Shown: positions 46,552-56,768 of the stretch, in pieces
How the letters are laid out: the number at the start of each line of letters is the position of its first letter
Numbering within the stretch: the first letter of the stretch is position 1
Source: Acutalibacteraceae bacterium
GTDB lineage: Bacteria; Bacillota; Clostridia; Oscillospirales; Acutalibacteraceae
DNA length: 64,000 bases
Reading direction: 5' to 3'
NCBI GenBank assembly: GCA_045630885.1
Contig: JAZQTQ010000034.1
Span: 18,606 to 82,605 of the forward strand
Made by a program: the position numbers and the translations under genes
The notes under the pieces: generated by a model
Seen by the model: only the letters and a program-made list of their open reading frames with translations
Database searches by the model: none
Told to the model about the DNA's origin: nothing

Positions 46552-48144
46552 TTATTCTTTACTAAATTCTAAAAGCTCTAAACCTTCGTTCTTTTCAAGC
46601 GCCCAACGAATATTCCATTCACTTGTAAAAATAAGAAGATTATTGTTTTTCATATCCTGAACCCATTTTGTATCAGACGTAAGGTTTAGCTTTTTAACAT
46701 CAATATCTTTATTAACAATCCATCTGATATGCTGATAAGACAGGTTGTTTCTTCTGATATCGACGTTATATTCATTTTTAAGACGGTATTCCAAAACCTC
46801 AAATTGCAGAACGCCTACAACACCCACAATAACTCTTTCAAATCCGCTTGAAGGTTCATGGAATATCTGAATTGCACCTTCCTGAGCTATCTGAGATATA
46901 CCCTTTACAAACTGCTTTCTTTTCAAAGTATCTATCTGCTCGATTTCCGCAAAATGTTCCGGAGCAAAGGTTGGGATTCCTTCAAACTGAATCTTATTTT
47001 TAGCTTCACAAACCGTATCTCCGATTGAGAAAATGCCGGGATCAAAAACACCGATAATATCTCCCGCATAGGCTTCTTCTATGATTTCTCTATCCTGAGC
47101 CATCATTTGTTGCGGCTGGGAAAGCTTGATATTCTTGCCGCCTTGAAGATGATAATATTCTTTTCCCCTTTTAAATTCTCCCGAACAGATTCGCATAAAT
47201 GCAATTCTATCTCTATGGGCTTTGTTCATATTGGCTTGTATTTTAAAAACAAAGGCAGAGAAATTCTCTGAAAACGGGTCAACAGTTGTTTCTTTGGTTT
47301 TTCTCGGAAGCGGAGATGTTGTCATTTTAAGGAAGTTTTCCAAGAAAGGCTCAACACCGAAATTGGTTAAAGCGGAGCCGAAGAAAACCGGACTTAATTT
47401 ACCGTGTCTAACCTGATCTAAATCAAACTCATAGCTCGCGCCATCAAGCAATTCAATTTGATCAACAAGATCTTTTCTCATATACGGGCCTATAAGCTCG
47501 TCAAGTTTTTCCGTATCGGTTATGTCACATTCGATAGCTGTTAGTTTATTCTGTCCGCTATGAAATTCATTGAAGGTTAAAATCCTTCGGTTTTCTCTAT
47601 CGAAAACGCCCTTAAAATCAACTCCGCAACCTATTGGCCAGTTGATAGGATAAGTTCCGATGCCGAACTCTTTTTCAAGTTCGTCAAGAAGTTCAAACGG
47701 ATCTCTGGCTTCGCGGTCAAGCTTATTGATAAATGTGAATATCGGAATATCTCTCATTGCACAAACCTTAAAAAGTTTTCTGGTTTGTGGCTCGATACCC
47801 TTTGCGGCATCAATAACCATTACTGCGCTATCTGCCGCCATAAGCGTTCTATACGTATCTTCGGAGAAGTCTTGATGTCCCGGAGTATCAAGAATATTTA
47901 TGCAATATCCATCATATTCAAACTGCATAACAGAAGATGTTATTGAAATTCCTCTTTGTTTTTCCAATTCCATCCAATCGGATACAGCATGTCGAGCAGT
48001 AGCCTTGCCTTTAACCGAGCCCGCAAGCTGAATAGCGCCTCCATATAACAGAAATTTTTCAGTTAAGGTTGTTTTACCTGCGTCAGGATGGGAGATAATC
48101 GCAAACGTTCTTCTTCTTTCAATTTCTTTCTTTAAATCTGCCAC
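46552..48144 (-). CDS. prfC: Peptide chain release factor 3
   Basis: 530 aa with RRTFAIISHPDAGKTTLTEKFLLYGGAI, DTPGHQDF and NKLD. Confidence 0.95.
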   Translation of the reverse strand: MADLKKEIERRRTFAIISHPDAGKTTLTEKFLLYGGAIQLAGSVKGKATARHAVSDWMELEKQRGISITSSVMQFEYDGYCINILDTPGHQDFSEDTYRTLMAADSAVMVIDAAKGIEPQTRKLFKVCAMRDIPIFTFINKLDREARDPFELLDELEKEFGIGTYPINWPIGCGVDFKGVFDRENRRILTFNEFHSGQNKLTAIECDITDTEKLDELIGPYMRKDLVDQIELLDGASYEFDLDQVRHGKLSPVFFGSALTNFGVEPFLENFLKMTTSPLPRKTKETTVDPFSENFSAFVFKIQANMNKAHRDRIAFMRICSGEFKRGKEYYHLQGGKNIKLSQPQQMMAQDREIIEEAYAGDIIGVFDPGIFSIGDTVCEAKNKIQFEGIPTFAPEHFAEIEQIDTLKRKQFVKGISQIAQEGAIQIFHEPSSGFERVIVGVVGVLQFEVLEYRLKNEYNVDIRRNNLSYQHIRWIVNKDIDVKKLNLTSDTKWVQDMKNNNLLIFTSEWNIRWALEKNEGLELLEFSKE

Positions 48145-48212
48145 TTGGTGTTCCCTCTCGTTTATTTATTAATACACCCGATATTTTACCACATTTTAAC
48201 TGATTTATCAAG

Positions 48213-48242
48213 CAAAAAAATCCACCGCAAAAAAGCGGTGGA
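48213..48242 (-). terminator. Terminator after spoVM
   Basis: On the minus strand: TCCACCGC-TTTTTT-GCGGTGGA followed by TTTTTTT. Confidence 0.65.
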
Positions 48243-48252
48243 AAACAACAGT

Positions 48253-48336
48253 TTATTCTTCAGTTTTCTTTATTTTAAACGCTAGTCTTAATATTCCTCT
48301 CAAAAACTTTGGACTTTTTACAACGACTACCTTCAT
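48253..48336 (-). CDS. spoVM: Stage V sporulation protein M (27 aa)
   Basis: Below the track cutoff. GAGGGGG RBS upstream. Translation is MKVVVVKSPKFLRGILRLAFKIKKTEE, which matches the SpoVM pattern MK----K-PKFL-GI-R (B. subtilis MKFYTIKLPKFLGGIVRAMLGSFRKD, recalled). Its position after thiN matches B. subtilis synteny. Confidence 0.75.
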   Translation of the reverse strand: MKVVVVKSPKFLRGILRLAFKIKKTEE

Positions 48337-48351
48337 AGATATGTAACCCCC

Positions 48352-48507
48352 TCAGTTTCTTGGCAAACAAAGACCGAGAACAATGACGGCAATAGCGAGA
48401 AGAATTATCAAAACTCTGGTTGGACAATAGAAGGCAATTAATGTTCCAATTCCAATGGCTGAAAGGCATCTGAGCCCTGACGTTTTGCTTCTGAACAAAA
48501 GAATCAA
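48352..48507 (-). CDS. Hypothetical ~48-51-aa small membrane protein (non-ATG start)
   Basis: Open frame (L)ILLFRSKTSGLRCLSAIGIGTLIAFYCPTRVLIILLAIAVIVLGLCLPRN with two hydrophobic helices. There is a GAGGGAGAG SD-like motif, and the possible starts are TTG 48507 or TTG 48498. It is weakly supported. Confidence 0.35.
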   Translation of the reverse strand: MILLFRSKTSGLRCLSAIGIGTLIAFYCPTRVLIILLAIAVIVLGLCLPRN

Positions 48508-48570
48508 CTCTCCCTCTGCGTTTGTTCTCTAATCACATAATACACAGAAGGTTTTATTTATGTTACAAAT

Positions 48571-49203
48571 TTATTTTTCAGCAACGACGAGAACGTCTCC
48601 TGATTTCAAAGAAATCAAGCCGCTTTCTCCTATAATTTCGTTACTGACGCCTAAAGGAGAACAATTATCAAGAATATAATCTTCAAGCGGATATTTAAAG
48701 CCTTCAAGAGTTATTTTGGCGGCATTTTTCAGCGCAAAAATCGAAACATAAGGCATTTCTTTATTTATTATTGCCTTGTTTTTAACAAAAAACATTTCGC
48801 TGCGCTCGGTAATAAGCCTTATGTTAAGACCTTTCAAAAAATAATTATGAGCGGCAAAAATTGCTGCAAGACTATGTCCGGGTCTTCCGCCCCAAGCGCC
48901 AAAAACAGTTACATCGGAAATTTCATTTGAAAGGCAATATTTTAAAGTTTCTTCAAAATCGGTTTTGTCTTTAATTTTAGGCAACTTAATTATTTCTGTT
49001 TTTTCGGGAAGATTATTGCGCACAGAATCAAAATCTCCAATAACAACATTCGGTTTAATTCCAAGTGATGCTAAATAATCATATCCGCTGTCAGCCGCGA
49101 TAATACAATCAAAGTTTTCGAGCGATTTATTTAAAAACTGCAAATCACGAATTTCGCCACCGCATACAACAGCAACGCTTTTTACTTTCCTTTTAGCATC
49201 CAT
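48571..49203 (-). CDS. thiN: Thiamine diphosphokinase
   Basis: 210 aa with IIAADSGYDYLASLGIKPNVVIGDFDS and a C-terminal thiamine-binding domain. Confidence 0.85.
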   Translation of the reverse strand: MDAKRKVKSVAVVCGGEIRDLQFLNKSLENFDCIIAADSGYDYLASLGIKPNVVIGDFDSVRNNLPEKTEIIKLPKIKDKTDFEETLKYCLSNEISDVTVFGAWGGRPGHSLAAIFAAHNYFLKGLNIRLITERSEMFFVKNKAIINKEMPYVSIFALKNAAKITLEGFKYPLEDYILDNCSPLGVSNEIIGESGLISLKSGDVLVVAEK

Positions 49204-50069
49204 TCCTTCAAATCCTTAATTTCATTGTAGAGATTTATGTAACTATTATAACGGCTTTGGGAGATTTCGCCTTCATCTACCGCCTTTTTTATTGCGCAAC
49301 CCTTTTCCCCCGTATGAGAGCAAGATGTAAATTTACATTCACCTAAATAATCCGAAAAATCCTTAAAGCAAGCGGGAAGCTCATCTTTAGATACTACCTC
49401 GCATTTTTCGAGGTCCATTGACGAAAAACCGGGAGTATCTGCTATATATCCGTCTTTTGAGATTGGATAAAGTTCAACGTGGCGGGTTGTATGTCTTCCC
49501 CTGCCTAATTTTTCGCTGACTTCCCCTGTTGCCAAAGAAAGTTCAGGAAGAATCGCATTAAGTATGCTTGATTTACCCACGCCTGAATTGCCTGTAAAAA
49601 CAGATATACCCTTTGCTTCAAATAAACAAGACTTTAGTTCTTCCAGGGTTTCGGGTTGTTTTGCGGAAACAGAAAAAGACTTATACCCTGCCTTTTCATA
49701 TAGGTTTTGCCATTCTTCGAGGTTACCCATATCCGATTTATTAAAAACAATAATCGGTTCAATTCCCTTGTTTTCGGCGATAGCAATTATTCTGTCAATT
49801 ATAAGCGCATTTGGGGAGGGAGTATTTTGCGCAGAAACTATAAAAAGCCTATCTACATTCGCAACGGGAGGCCTTACGAGGCTGTTCTTTCTGTCAATAA
49901 CCCCTTCGACAACGCCCTTTCCGTCCTTCAAAACGGAAAACTCAACGTTATCTCCAACGAGTATATTCCCATTTCTCCTCATATTCCCTCTTGGCTTACA
50001 TTCATATACCAATTCACCGGCTTCTACATAGCAGAAGCCGGCAATCATTTTTCTTAAAACACCTTTCAT
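49182..50069 (-). CDS. rsgA: Ribosome small-subunit-dependent GTPase A
   Basis: 295 aa. Has an OB-fold N-terminus, circularly permuted GTPase motifs (NKSD...GNSGVGKSS) and a zinc site C-x-C-H-x-C. Confidence 0.9.
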   Translation of the reverse strand: MKGVLRKMIAGFCYVEAGELVYECKPRGNMRRNGNILVGDNVEFSVLKDGKGVVEGVIDRKNSLVRPPVANVDRLFIVSAQNTPSPNALIIDRIIAIAENKGIEPIIVFNKSDMGNLEEWQNLYEKAGYKSFSVSAKQPETLEELKSCLFEAKGISVFTGNSGVGKSSILNAILPELSLATGEVSEKLGRGRHTTRHVELYPISKDGYIADTPGFSSMDLEKCEVVSKDELPACFKDFSDYLGECKFTSCSHTGEKGCAIKKAVDEGEISQSRYNSYINLYNEIKDLKEWMLKGK

Positions 50070-50078
50070 CTTGCGCCA

Positions 50079-52040
50079 CTATTCAAAGATTGGATAATCT
50101 TTATATTCCTTTGTAACCTTAAAATCGTCCTTTTTAAAATCAGCCTTCATTTGCTGATATTTATAACGATTTCCCGATGCATCCATAAGGTAAACGTCGA
50201 AGGTTTCGGTATCTTTGGTTGATTTGATTTCAAATCCCACAAAGCCTTCGTTGGTATAACTTGAAATAAATCCACTGGCATAAGTTTCGCTAAGGCCTTC
50301 TAAAGTTACGTAGCCTGCATCAAAAGCGCAATCAGGAGGAAGCGTTACGGTTACATAAATGCTGACAACGGGTTTTTGCCCCTTGCTAACCGTTATATTG
50401 ATTTTCGTTCCTTGCTTTACAGTGTTTCCTTCTTTTTCGCTTTGGTATATAACATAACCTTTTTGCGTTTCGCTATATTCATAAGAAACGTAACCTAACT
50501 CTAGCTTGGCATCTTTTAGTTGTTCCTCGACGTCTTCTTCTGAAATATCCAATAATCCGGGAACCTCGGTGTAAATAATTTTCTTACCTTCGCTTATAAA
50601 TACTTTAAGCTCAGTATTGGGATAAATCAAGGATTCTGCCGCAGGTTCTAATTTGACAACATTGCCTTCGACGATTGCATCATCATTAATCTTTTCGAAT
50701 ACAATGTTTTTAAAACCTCTTTCCTGAAGCTGTGCTACTGCTTCGTCCTTTTCGATATCTTCTACGTGCGGAACCTCAATCATATCTTCAAACACCGCAA
50801 CGTGAAGCGTTATTTTATCCTTCTTTTTAACTTCTGTTCCTTTTGCGGGTTTTTGCGTTACAACCTCGCCATTTTTATATTCAGATGGGTCTTTTTCAAC
50901 CTTAACTATCTTAAAACTATATTCATCGTCGCCATATTTTTTATTTATCTCTTCAAGAGTCATTCCAACAAACTGAGGACATTTGGAAGGTCCTGAGCTT
51001 GTTGTAAAGTTTTGATAAATTTCTTTTCCTAAGAAAAAGAGAATAACAACCGCCAAAGAAATCAAAACACCCGTTACAATCGGAATCCATACGTTTTTAT
51101 TTTGCACTTTTTTGATTTCTTCTTTTTCCTCTTCCTCCTTAACAATTTCGGATTGAGGAATAAATCTCGTTGGAGCGTTATCAACATAATAATTACGCTC
51201 GAACGTTGCCGCAGGATCCCTTCTAAAAGCTTCAAGATCACAAAGCATTTCTGCGGCAGTCTGATAACGTCTGACTATTTCCTTTTCCATAGCGTTCATT
51301 GTTATCTGGACAAGACCTAAGGGAATTGTTGGGTCAATTTCTCTCAATGGCTTTGCCTCATTCTGAAGCTGCATCATTGCAACTATAACTGCGCTTTCAG
51401 CTTCAAACGGAAGCTGACCGGACAACATTTCATACATTATAACGCCAAGAGAATAAATATCCGCTTTTTCATCGGTTACTTCGCTTCTCGCCTGTTCCGG
51501 ACTGATATAATGAACCGAACCTATGGCTTTATCGGTTATTGTTTTATAATCGCTTCTTGCGAATCTTGCTATACCAAAATCCGTTACCTTTATGGTTCCC
51601 TCGTGGGTCAACATAATATTCTGAGGTTTAACGTCGCGATGAATTATACCCTTATCGTGAGCATGTTGAAGCGCTCTTAATATCTGCATAATAATGCTGA
51701 CTGTATTCTTCCAGGGAATTTTTTGAGAACTTTCGATGTATTGCTTAAGGGTTATACCATCGATATATTCCATAACGATATATTGAATTAAATCTCCAAA
51801 GCTAACGTCATAAACCTTAACTATATTTGGATGAGAAAGAACGGCAATAGCCTTTGATTCGTTTTTAAATCTGCGAACAAATTCTGCATTGCTGACAAAT
51901 TCTTGCTTTAATATCTTTATGGCAACAATTCTGCTTTCAATGGTGTCATAAGCCTTATAAACTACTGCCATTCCACCAACGCCGATTATTTCTCTGATTT
52001 CATATCTTCCGTCTAATCTTTTTCCAACGTATCTATCCAT
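50079..52040 (-). CDS. prkC: Ser/Thr protein kinase with PASTA repeats (PrkC)
   Basis: 653 aa. Has the Hanks kinase domain (GGMAVVYKA, HRDVKPQNI, DFGIA), one TM segment and three PASTA-like repeats, plus a C-terminal beta-rich domain. Confidence 0.9.
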   Translation of the reverse strand: MDRYVGKRLDGRYEIREIIGVGGMAVVYKAYDTIESRIVAIKILKQEFVSNAEFVRRFKNESKAIAVLSHPNIVKVYDVSFGDLIQYIVMEYIDGITLKQYIESSQKIPWKNTVSIIMQILRALQHAHDKGIIHRDVKPQNIMLTHEGTIKVTDFGIARFARSDYKTITDKAIGSVHYISPEQARSEVTDEKADIYSLGVIMYEMLSGQLPFEAESAVIVAMMQLQNEAKPLREIDPTIPLGLVQITMNAMEKEIVRRYQTAAEMLCDLEAFRRDPAATFERNYYVDNAPTRFIPQSEIVKEEEEKEEIKKVQNKNVWIPIVTGVLISLAVVILFFLGKEIYQNFTTSSGPSKCPQFVGMTLEEINKKYGDDEYSFKIVKVEKDPSEYKNGEVVTQKPAKGTEVKKKDKITLHVAVFEDMIEVPHVEDIEKDEAVAQLQERGFKNIVFEKINDDAIVEGNVVKLEPAAESLIYPNTELKVFISEGKKIIYTEVPGLLDISEEDVEEQLKDAKLELGYVSYEYSETQKGYVIYQSEKEGNTVKQGTKINITVSKGQKPVVSIYVTVTLPPDCAFDAGYVTLEGLSETYASGFISSYTNEGFVGFEIKSTKDTETFDVYLMDASGNRYKYQQMKADFKKDDFKVTKEYKDYPIFE

Positions 52041-52066
52041 TATAACCTTCCTATTCCAAATAAAAG

Positions 52067-52795
52067 TTAATTTGATAAAACAACAAGAGTTATGTTATCT
52101 CCTCCGCCGTTTTCATTAGCGGAATCAATAAGAATTTGAGGATATTCATAAAAGTTTTTATCCTTGATTTTTTCTTCAATCTCTTGAACGGTTAGATAAT
52201 TTGTTAAGCCGTCTGTGCAAAGAAGAATGCAATCATCATCGGAAAAATCAACCTCGTTATATTCAATTCCGATTTCTTCAGAAACACCCAAGGCTCGAGT
52301 TATAACGTTCTTATTTGGATGAAGCTTGGCTTCTTCTTCGGTTAACTGACCTTTATCAATCATAGTTTGAACAATTGAATGGTCTTTTGTTATCTGATTT
52401 AGCTTATTATCTCTTATAAGATACGCTCGACTATCTCCCGCATGGGCTATATGAGCAATACCACCGGAAATTATAACGGCTACAACGGTTGTGCCCATTC
52501 CGGATAACGAACCGATGGTTCTTGACATATCATATAATCTCACGTTTGCGCCACAAATTGATGATTCAAGCAAAGCTCTTATAGAATTTGAGCTCATTCC
52601 TTCGTGATATGAAGAAGAAATATATTCGGAAATGATTTTGACAGCATTTGCACTGGCGATATTTCCACCATTTGCGCCTCCCATACCGTCGCAAACAACA
52701 GCCCAAGCAGTGCCTTCAAGCAGTTCGCCTGCGGCATAAGAATCCTGATTACTGCTTCTGACCAGTCCCATATCCGTTTTGCTTGCTATTCTCAT
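52067..52795 (-). CDS. prpC: PP2C-family Ser/Thr phosphatase
   Basis: 242 aa with NQDS, VCDGMGG, TDGL and DNITLVV motifs. It overlaps rlmN by 4 nt. Confidence 0.9.
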   Translation of the reverse strand: MRIASKTDMGLVRSSNQDSYAAGELLEGTAWAVVCDGMGGANGGNIASANAVKIISEYISSSYHEGMSSNSIRALLESSICGANVRLYDMSRTIGSLSGMGTTVVAVIISGGIAHIAHAGDSRAYLIRDNKLNQITKDHSIVQTMIDKGQLTEEEAKLHPNKNVITRALGVSEEIGIEYNEVDFSDDDCILLCTDGLTNYLTVQEIEEKIKDKNFYEYPQILIDSANENGGGDNITLVVLSN

Positions 52796-53838
52796 TGAAC
52801 CTCGCCTCCTTCAGAGTTATGTTCTCTTCTTAACTGACCGCAAGATGCATTTATATCTGCGCCCAGCGTTCTTCTTATAGTTGTTGTTATTCCCAGCGAT
52901 TGCAGTCTTTCCTGAAACGCTCTGATTCTTTTTAAATCGGGCTTTTTAAAATCCCTTTCAACAACCGGGTTTGCAGGGATTAAATTAACGTGGCAAAGCA
53001 ATCCTTTAAGCCTTTTTGCCAAAAGTTTAGCATCTTCATCGCTATCGTTAACCCCATCAATTAAAGCATATTCGAAAGAAATTCTTCTTCCCGTTACCTT
53101 TAAATAATCTTTGCAAGCCGAAATTAATTCATCAATATTATATCGTTTATTAACCGGCATTACAGAGCTCCTAACCTCATCTCTCGGCGAATGCAGCGAT
53201 ATCGAAAGGGTTATCGGCACATTAAATTCAGCCAACTTATTTATTCCGTTTACGAGTCCGCTGGTTGATAACGAGATATGACGAAGGCCTATGTTTAAAC
53301 CTTTTTCATCTGAAACGAGCTTTAAAAACTTAACGGTGTTATCAAAATTATCAAGCGGCTCGCCCATTCCCATAAGAACAACGTTTGAAACCCTTATCCC
53401 GTTATCTCTTTCGGCTTTATGGATTTGGGAAAGAATTTCTGATGCGGTTAGATTTCTTAAAAGTCCGTTTATTCCCGAAGCACAAAATTTACACCCCATA
53501 CGACAACCGACCTGAGTTGAGGCACAGACCGTATATCCATGATGGTATTTCATCAAAACTGATTCTATATATTCGCCGTCTTGCAAACGATAGAGGTATT
53601 TTATAGTTCCGTCGATTTCTGAAACAAGCTTTTTTTCAATATTCACCGATGCGATATAACTGATTTCGGAAAGTTTTGCTCGCAAAGCTTTGGAAATATT
53701 GGTCATTTCTTCAAAACTTTCGGCACCCGACTGAAGCCAAGAAAAAAGCTGTTCACCCCTGAAAGCGGGCTCGCCTAATTCTTTCATCAACGCTTTAAGC
53801 TCGGCGCTATCCATCGATTTGATATCAAGCTTTTCCAT
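52792..53838 (-). CDS. rlmN: 23S rRNA/tRNA (adenine-C2)-methyltransferase RlmN (radical SAM)
   Basis: Has the GCRMGCKFCASG radical-SAM cluster motif and FRGEQLFSWL near the N-terminus. I prefer the ATG at 53838 (MEKLDIKSM). The track ORF, extending to 53883, would overlap rsmB by 38 nt. Confidence 0.9.
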   Translation of the reverse strand: MEKLDIKSMDSAELKALMKELGEPAFRGEQLFSWLQSGAESFEEMTNISKALRAKLSEISYIASVNIEKKLVSEIDGTIKYLYRLQDGEYIESVLMKYHHGYTVCASTQVGCRMGCKFCASGINGLLRNLTASEILSQIHKAERDNGIRVSNVVLMGMGEPLDNFDNTVKFLKLVSDEKGLNIGLRHISLSTSGLVNGINKLAEFNVPITLSISLHSPRDEVRSSVMPVNKRYNIDELISACKDYLKVTGRRISFEYALIDGVNDSDEDAKLLAKRLKGLLCHVNLIPANPVVERDFKKPDLKRIRAFQERLQSLGITTTIRRTLGADINASCGQLRREHNSEGGEVQ

Positions 53839-53845
53839 TTTTCGC

Positions 53846-55135
53846 CTACTTTCTTCTGAGTATCGCAAAGAAAAAGCCATCACAGCGCATTTTGCCCGGA
53901 ATCAGATGAACAAAACCATCGGCATTTTCATCTTGGCTTGCTTTTTCTAAAATAAATTCGTTATTATTCTCTAAAAACTTTTTAACTACGTCTTCGTTTT
54001 CAACCTTACGCAAAGTACAAGTTGAATACAAAAGCCGGCCATTCTTTTTCAAATATTTAGCGCTTGTACTCAAGATATTATACTGCACGTTAGGTAGATT
54101 TGTCAAATCTTTAGGGTCTTTATATTTTATTTCGGGTTTTCTTCCAATATCGCCGAATCCCGAACAAGGCACATCACAAATTATTTTATCAAAAAGGCCA
54201 AAATCCTCATTAAAAATGGTTGCATTATTTTGAACCGCTTTTATTATTCCAATACCGAGTCTTTCGGCTCCATTTTGAATAAGTTTAACTCGATGAGCAT
54301 GAAGGTCGCAAGCGATAATTTCCCCTTCATTTTGCATAAGCTCTGCCGCAGTAAACGTCTTTCCTCCTGGCGCCGAGCAAACATCAAGCAAACGTTCTCC
54401 TTTTTGGGGAGCGAAAGCATTTAGACAAATTTGGGAAGCCATATCCTGAACGTGGAAAAATCCATTTTTATAAGAATTGCTTCTTTCTATATCTCCAAAA
54501 CCGCTTATCCTGTAACAATTTCCAAGTTCGGTTTCGTTATAAGATATTCCGTCTTTTTCCAATTCCTTTTCAAAGTCGGCTTCTAAAAGGTTATTCTTCC
54601 TAATATATGTATCCGAAGGAAGAAGGGCGCTTTCAAGCATTTTTTCTGCATTTTCAACGCCTAAATATTCACAGAGTTCCTCTACCAACCATTTAGGACA
54701 AGAATATCTTGTTTCCAGATCCTCAGGAGAGTTTCCTTTTGGAAGATTTACGGGATTTCTCAAATATGCTCTTAATATTGCGTTGACAAATCCTGAAGCA
54801 TACTTTTCCTTTGATGATTTGATAAGCTTAACCGTTTCATCAACTGCAGCCATTTCGGGAACTTTATCCATATATATTATCTGATAAAGCCCTGTTCTGA
54901 GCGCAATAACAACGATTGGCGAAATCTTTGAAAGCGGTTTTGAGGAATATTTTGAAATAATCCAATCAAGGGTTATTTTTCTCTCAATAACACCATAAAA
55001 AAGCGCCGACGCAAATCTTTTATCCTTTATGGGGAATTCTTGCGACTTTAAAACAGAATCCAAGGTTAAATTCGAATATCCGCCTTTAAGTTCAGTTTTA
55101 ACAAGCGCATCAAAAACAATTTTTCTAATATTCAT
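53846..55135 (-). CDS. rsmB: 16S rRNA (cytosine967-C5)-methyltransferase RsmB
   Basis: 429 aa. Has an N-terminal NusB-like domain, SAM-binding site DVCSAPGGKT, and catalytic DVPCSG and TCT motifs. Confidence 0.9.
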   Translation of the reverse strand: MNIRKIVFDALVKTELKGGYSNLTLDSVLKSQEFPIKDKRFASALFYGVIERKITLDWIISKYSSKPLSKISPIVVIALRTGLYQIIYMDKVPEMAAVDETVKLIKSSKEKYASGFVNAILRAYLRNPVNLPKGNSPEDLETRYSCPKWLVEELCEYLGVENAEKMLESALLPSDTYIRKNNLLEADFEKELEKDGISYNETELGNCYRISGFGDIERSNSYKNGFFHVQDMASQICLNAFAPQKGERLLDVCSAPGGKTFTAAELMQNEGEIIACDLHAHRVKLIQNGAERLGIGIIKAVQNNATIFNEDFGLFDKIICDVPCSGFGDIGRKPEIKYKDPKDLTNLPNVQYNILSTSAKYLKKNGRLLYSTCTLRKVENEDVVKKFLENNNEFILEKASQDENADGFVHLIPGKMRCDGFFFAILRRK

Positions 55136-55139
55136 AATT

Positions 55140-55844
55140 CTAATTTCTTCTGTTATTACCTGTAAATCTCAATACGTAATAAAGCAGTGTTAAAAATGAC
55201 TGTATCATTGCCGCAACATAAGTTAGCGCTGCGGCGGTTAAAACTTTTTTGGCTCCGTTTGCTTCCTCTGAAGAAAGAAGATCGCCCGAATTAATCGCTT
55301 TAATTGCGCGGCGACTTGCATTAAATTCAACAGGAAGGGTTACAAGCTGAAAAACAAAAGTTGAGCCAAACAAAATAAGACCTATAACTGTTAAATCAAA
55401 CATATTAATAGCCGAACCGATTAACACAAGAAGCAATCCGATTACCGGACCATACTGTGCAAAAGGAACAATCGCCATTCTGACCTTTATCGGTGCATAA
55501 TGTTTGGCATACTGAACCGCATGACCCGCCTCGTGAGCCGCAATACCGACTGCGGCAATCGTTGGGGCATCATAAACTCCTTCCGAAAGCCTTATAACGT
55601 TAGTTTTGGGGTCGTAATGGTCGGTTAAGTTACCCGATATTCTTTCAACCTTAACGCCAAAAACACCATTCTGCTCCAAAACCTGCTTAGCGGCTTGAGC
55701 GCCGGTTAATCCTTTATGGTTAGTTATTTTCGAATATTTCGAATATCTGGATTTAACAAGAAACTGAGCTGCTAACATAATAGTTAAAGAAACAGCGGCA
55801 ATCATTAAATATAAGGGGTCGAAATATAAGCCATAAAATCCCAT
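55140..55844 (-). CDS. Putative membrane zinc metallopeptidase (PF04298-like)
   Basis: 234 aa. Has TM helices flanking an HEAGHAVQ zinc-binding motif. Confidence 0.8.
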   Translation of the reverse strand: MGFYGLYFDPLYLMIAAVSLTIMLAAQFLVKSRYSKYSKITNHKGLTGAQAAKQVLEQNGVFGVKVERISGNLTDHYDPKTNVIRLSEGVYDAPTIAAVGIAAHEAGHAVQYAKHYAPIKVRMAIVPFAQYGPVIGLLLVLIGSAINMFDLTVIGLILFGSTFVFQLVTLPVEFNASRRAIKAINSGDLLSSEEANGAKKVLTAAALTYVAAMIQSFLTLLYYVLRFTGNNRRN

Positions 55845-55853
55845 AAATTTCTC

Positions 55854-56765
55854 CTATTTTATAATAAAACCTTTCTCAATTCTCGATCCTCTGAGAAAAT
55901 CCGATGCATACATTCTTCTTTTGCCTTCGGGTTGAATTTCGAGAAGCTCAACGGCTCCGTTTTTGCAACCAACAATAAATTTATCGTCGGCAGCCAAAAC
56001 CTCGCCTTCATTTCCTTTTAACTCAGATTTAGAAACACTATACACCTTTATTCTTTTGCCATTTAAGAAAAAATATGCACAAGGCCAAGAATTATATCCT
56101 CTAACCGCCCAATCAATTTCTTCCTTTGTTTTGGAAAAATCAATAAGCGCCATTTCTTTGCTTATCATAGGCGCATGACTTACGCCTTCATTTGGTTGTT
56201 TTTGAGGTATAATAGAATCAATATTATCTAAAGTTTCATCTAAGGCATTAGCACCAAGCAAAGCCAATTTATCGTGGAGCGAATCAGCGGTATCGGTGGG
56301 CTCTATTTTAATTTCTTTTTTCAGAAGCATATCTCCCGTATCAATACCTTCGTCCATCTGCATAGTCGTTACACCTGTTTTATCATCGCCGCAAACGATT
56401 GACCACTGTATCGGCGAGGAGCCTCTATGTCTTGGAAGCAAGGAAGCATGGACGTTTATGCAGCCGTATTTGGGAAGTTCCAAAATTTCTTTAGGCAATA
56501 TTTTTCCGTATGCGACAACAATTATGGCATCGGGAGAAAATTCTTTTAATATATCGTAGGCTTCGCCCGTTCTTAAAGATTTAGGCTGATAAACCTTCAA
56601 TCCCAACTCCTCAGCTCTAACCTTAACGGGAGGCGGGCAAAGCTCATAACCTCTGCCTTTAGGCTTATCAGGCTGGGTGAAAACTCCCAAAACGTTATGT
56701 TTTTTTGCCAATACTTCAAGGCACCCAAGAGAAAAATCCGGAGTTCCCATAAAAACAACATTCAT
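55854..56765 (-). CDS. fmt: Methionyl-tRNA formyltransferase
   Basis: 303 aa with MNVVFMGTPDFS and NVHASLLPRHRGSSPIQ. Confidence 0.95.
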   Translation of the reverse strand: MNVVFMGTPDFSLGCLEVLAKKHNVLGVFTQPDKPKGRGYELCPPPVKVRAEELGLKVYQPKSLRTGEAYDILKEFSPDAIIVVAYGKILPKEILELPKYGCINVHASLLPRHRGSSPIQWSIVCGDDKTGVTTMQMDEGIDTGDMLLKKEIKIEPTDTADSLHDKLALLGANALDETLDNIDSIIPQKQPNEGVSHAPMISKEMALIDFSKTKEEIDWAVRGYNSWPCAYFFLNGKRIKVYSVSKSELKGNEGEVLAADDKFIVGCKNGAVELLEIQPEGKRRMYASDFLRGSRIEKGFIIK

Positions 56766-56768
56766 TAA

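Noticed and set aside
48275-48469. 64-aa track ORF (MPFSHWNWNINCLLL...).
   Set aside because: It is in a different frame from the SpoVM-like micro-ORF, which has a strong RBS, a terminator and a family-like sequence. The 64-aa product has no RBS and an implausible composition.
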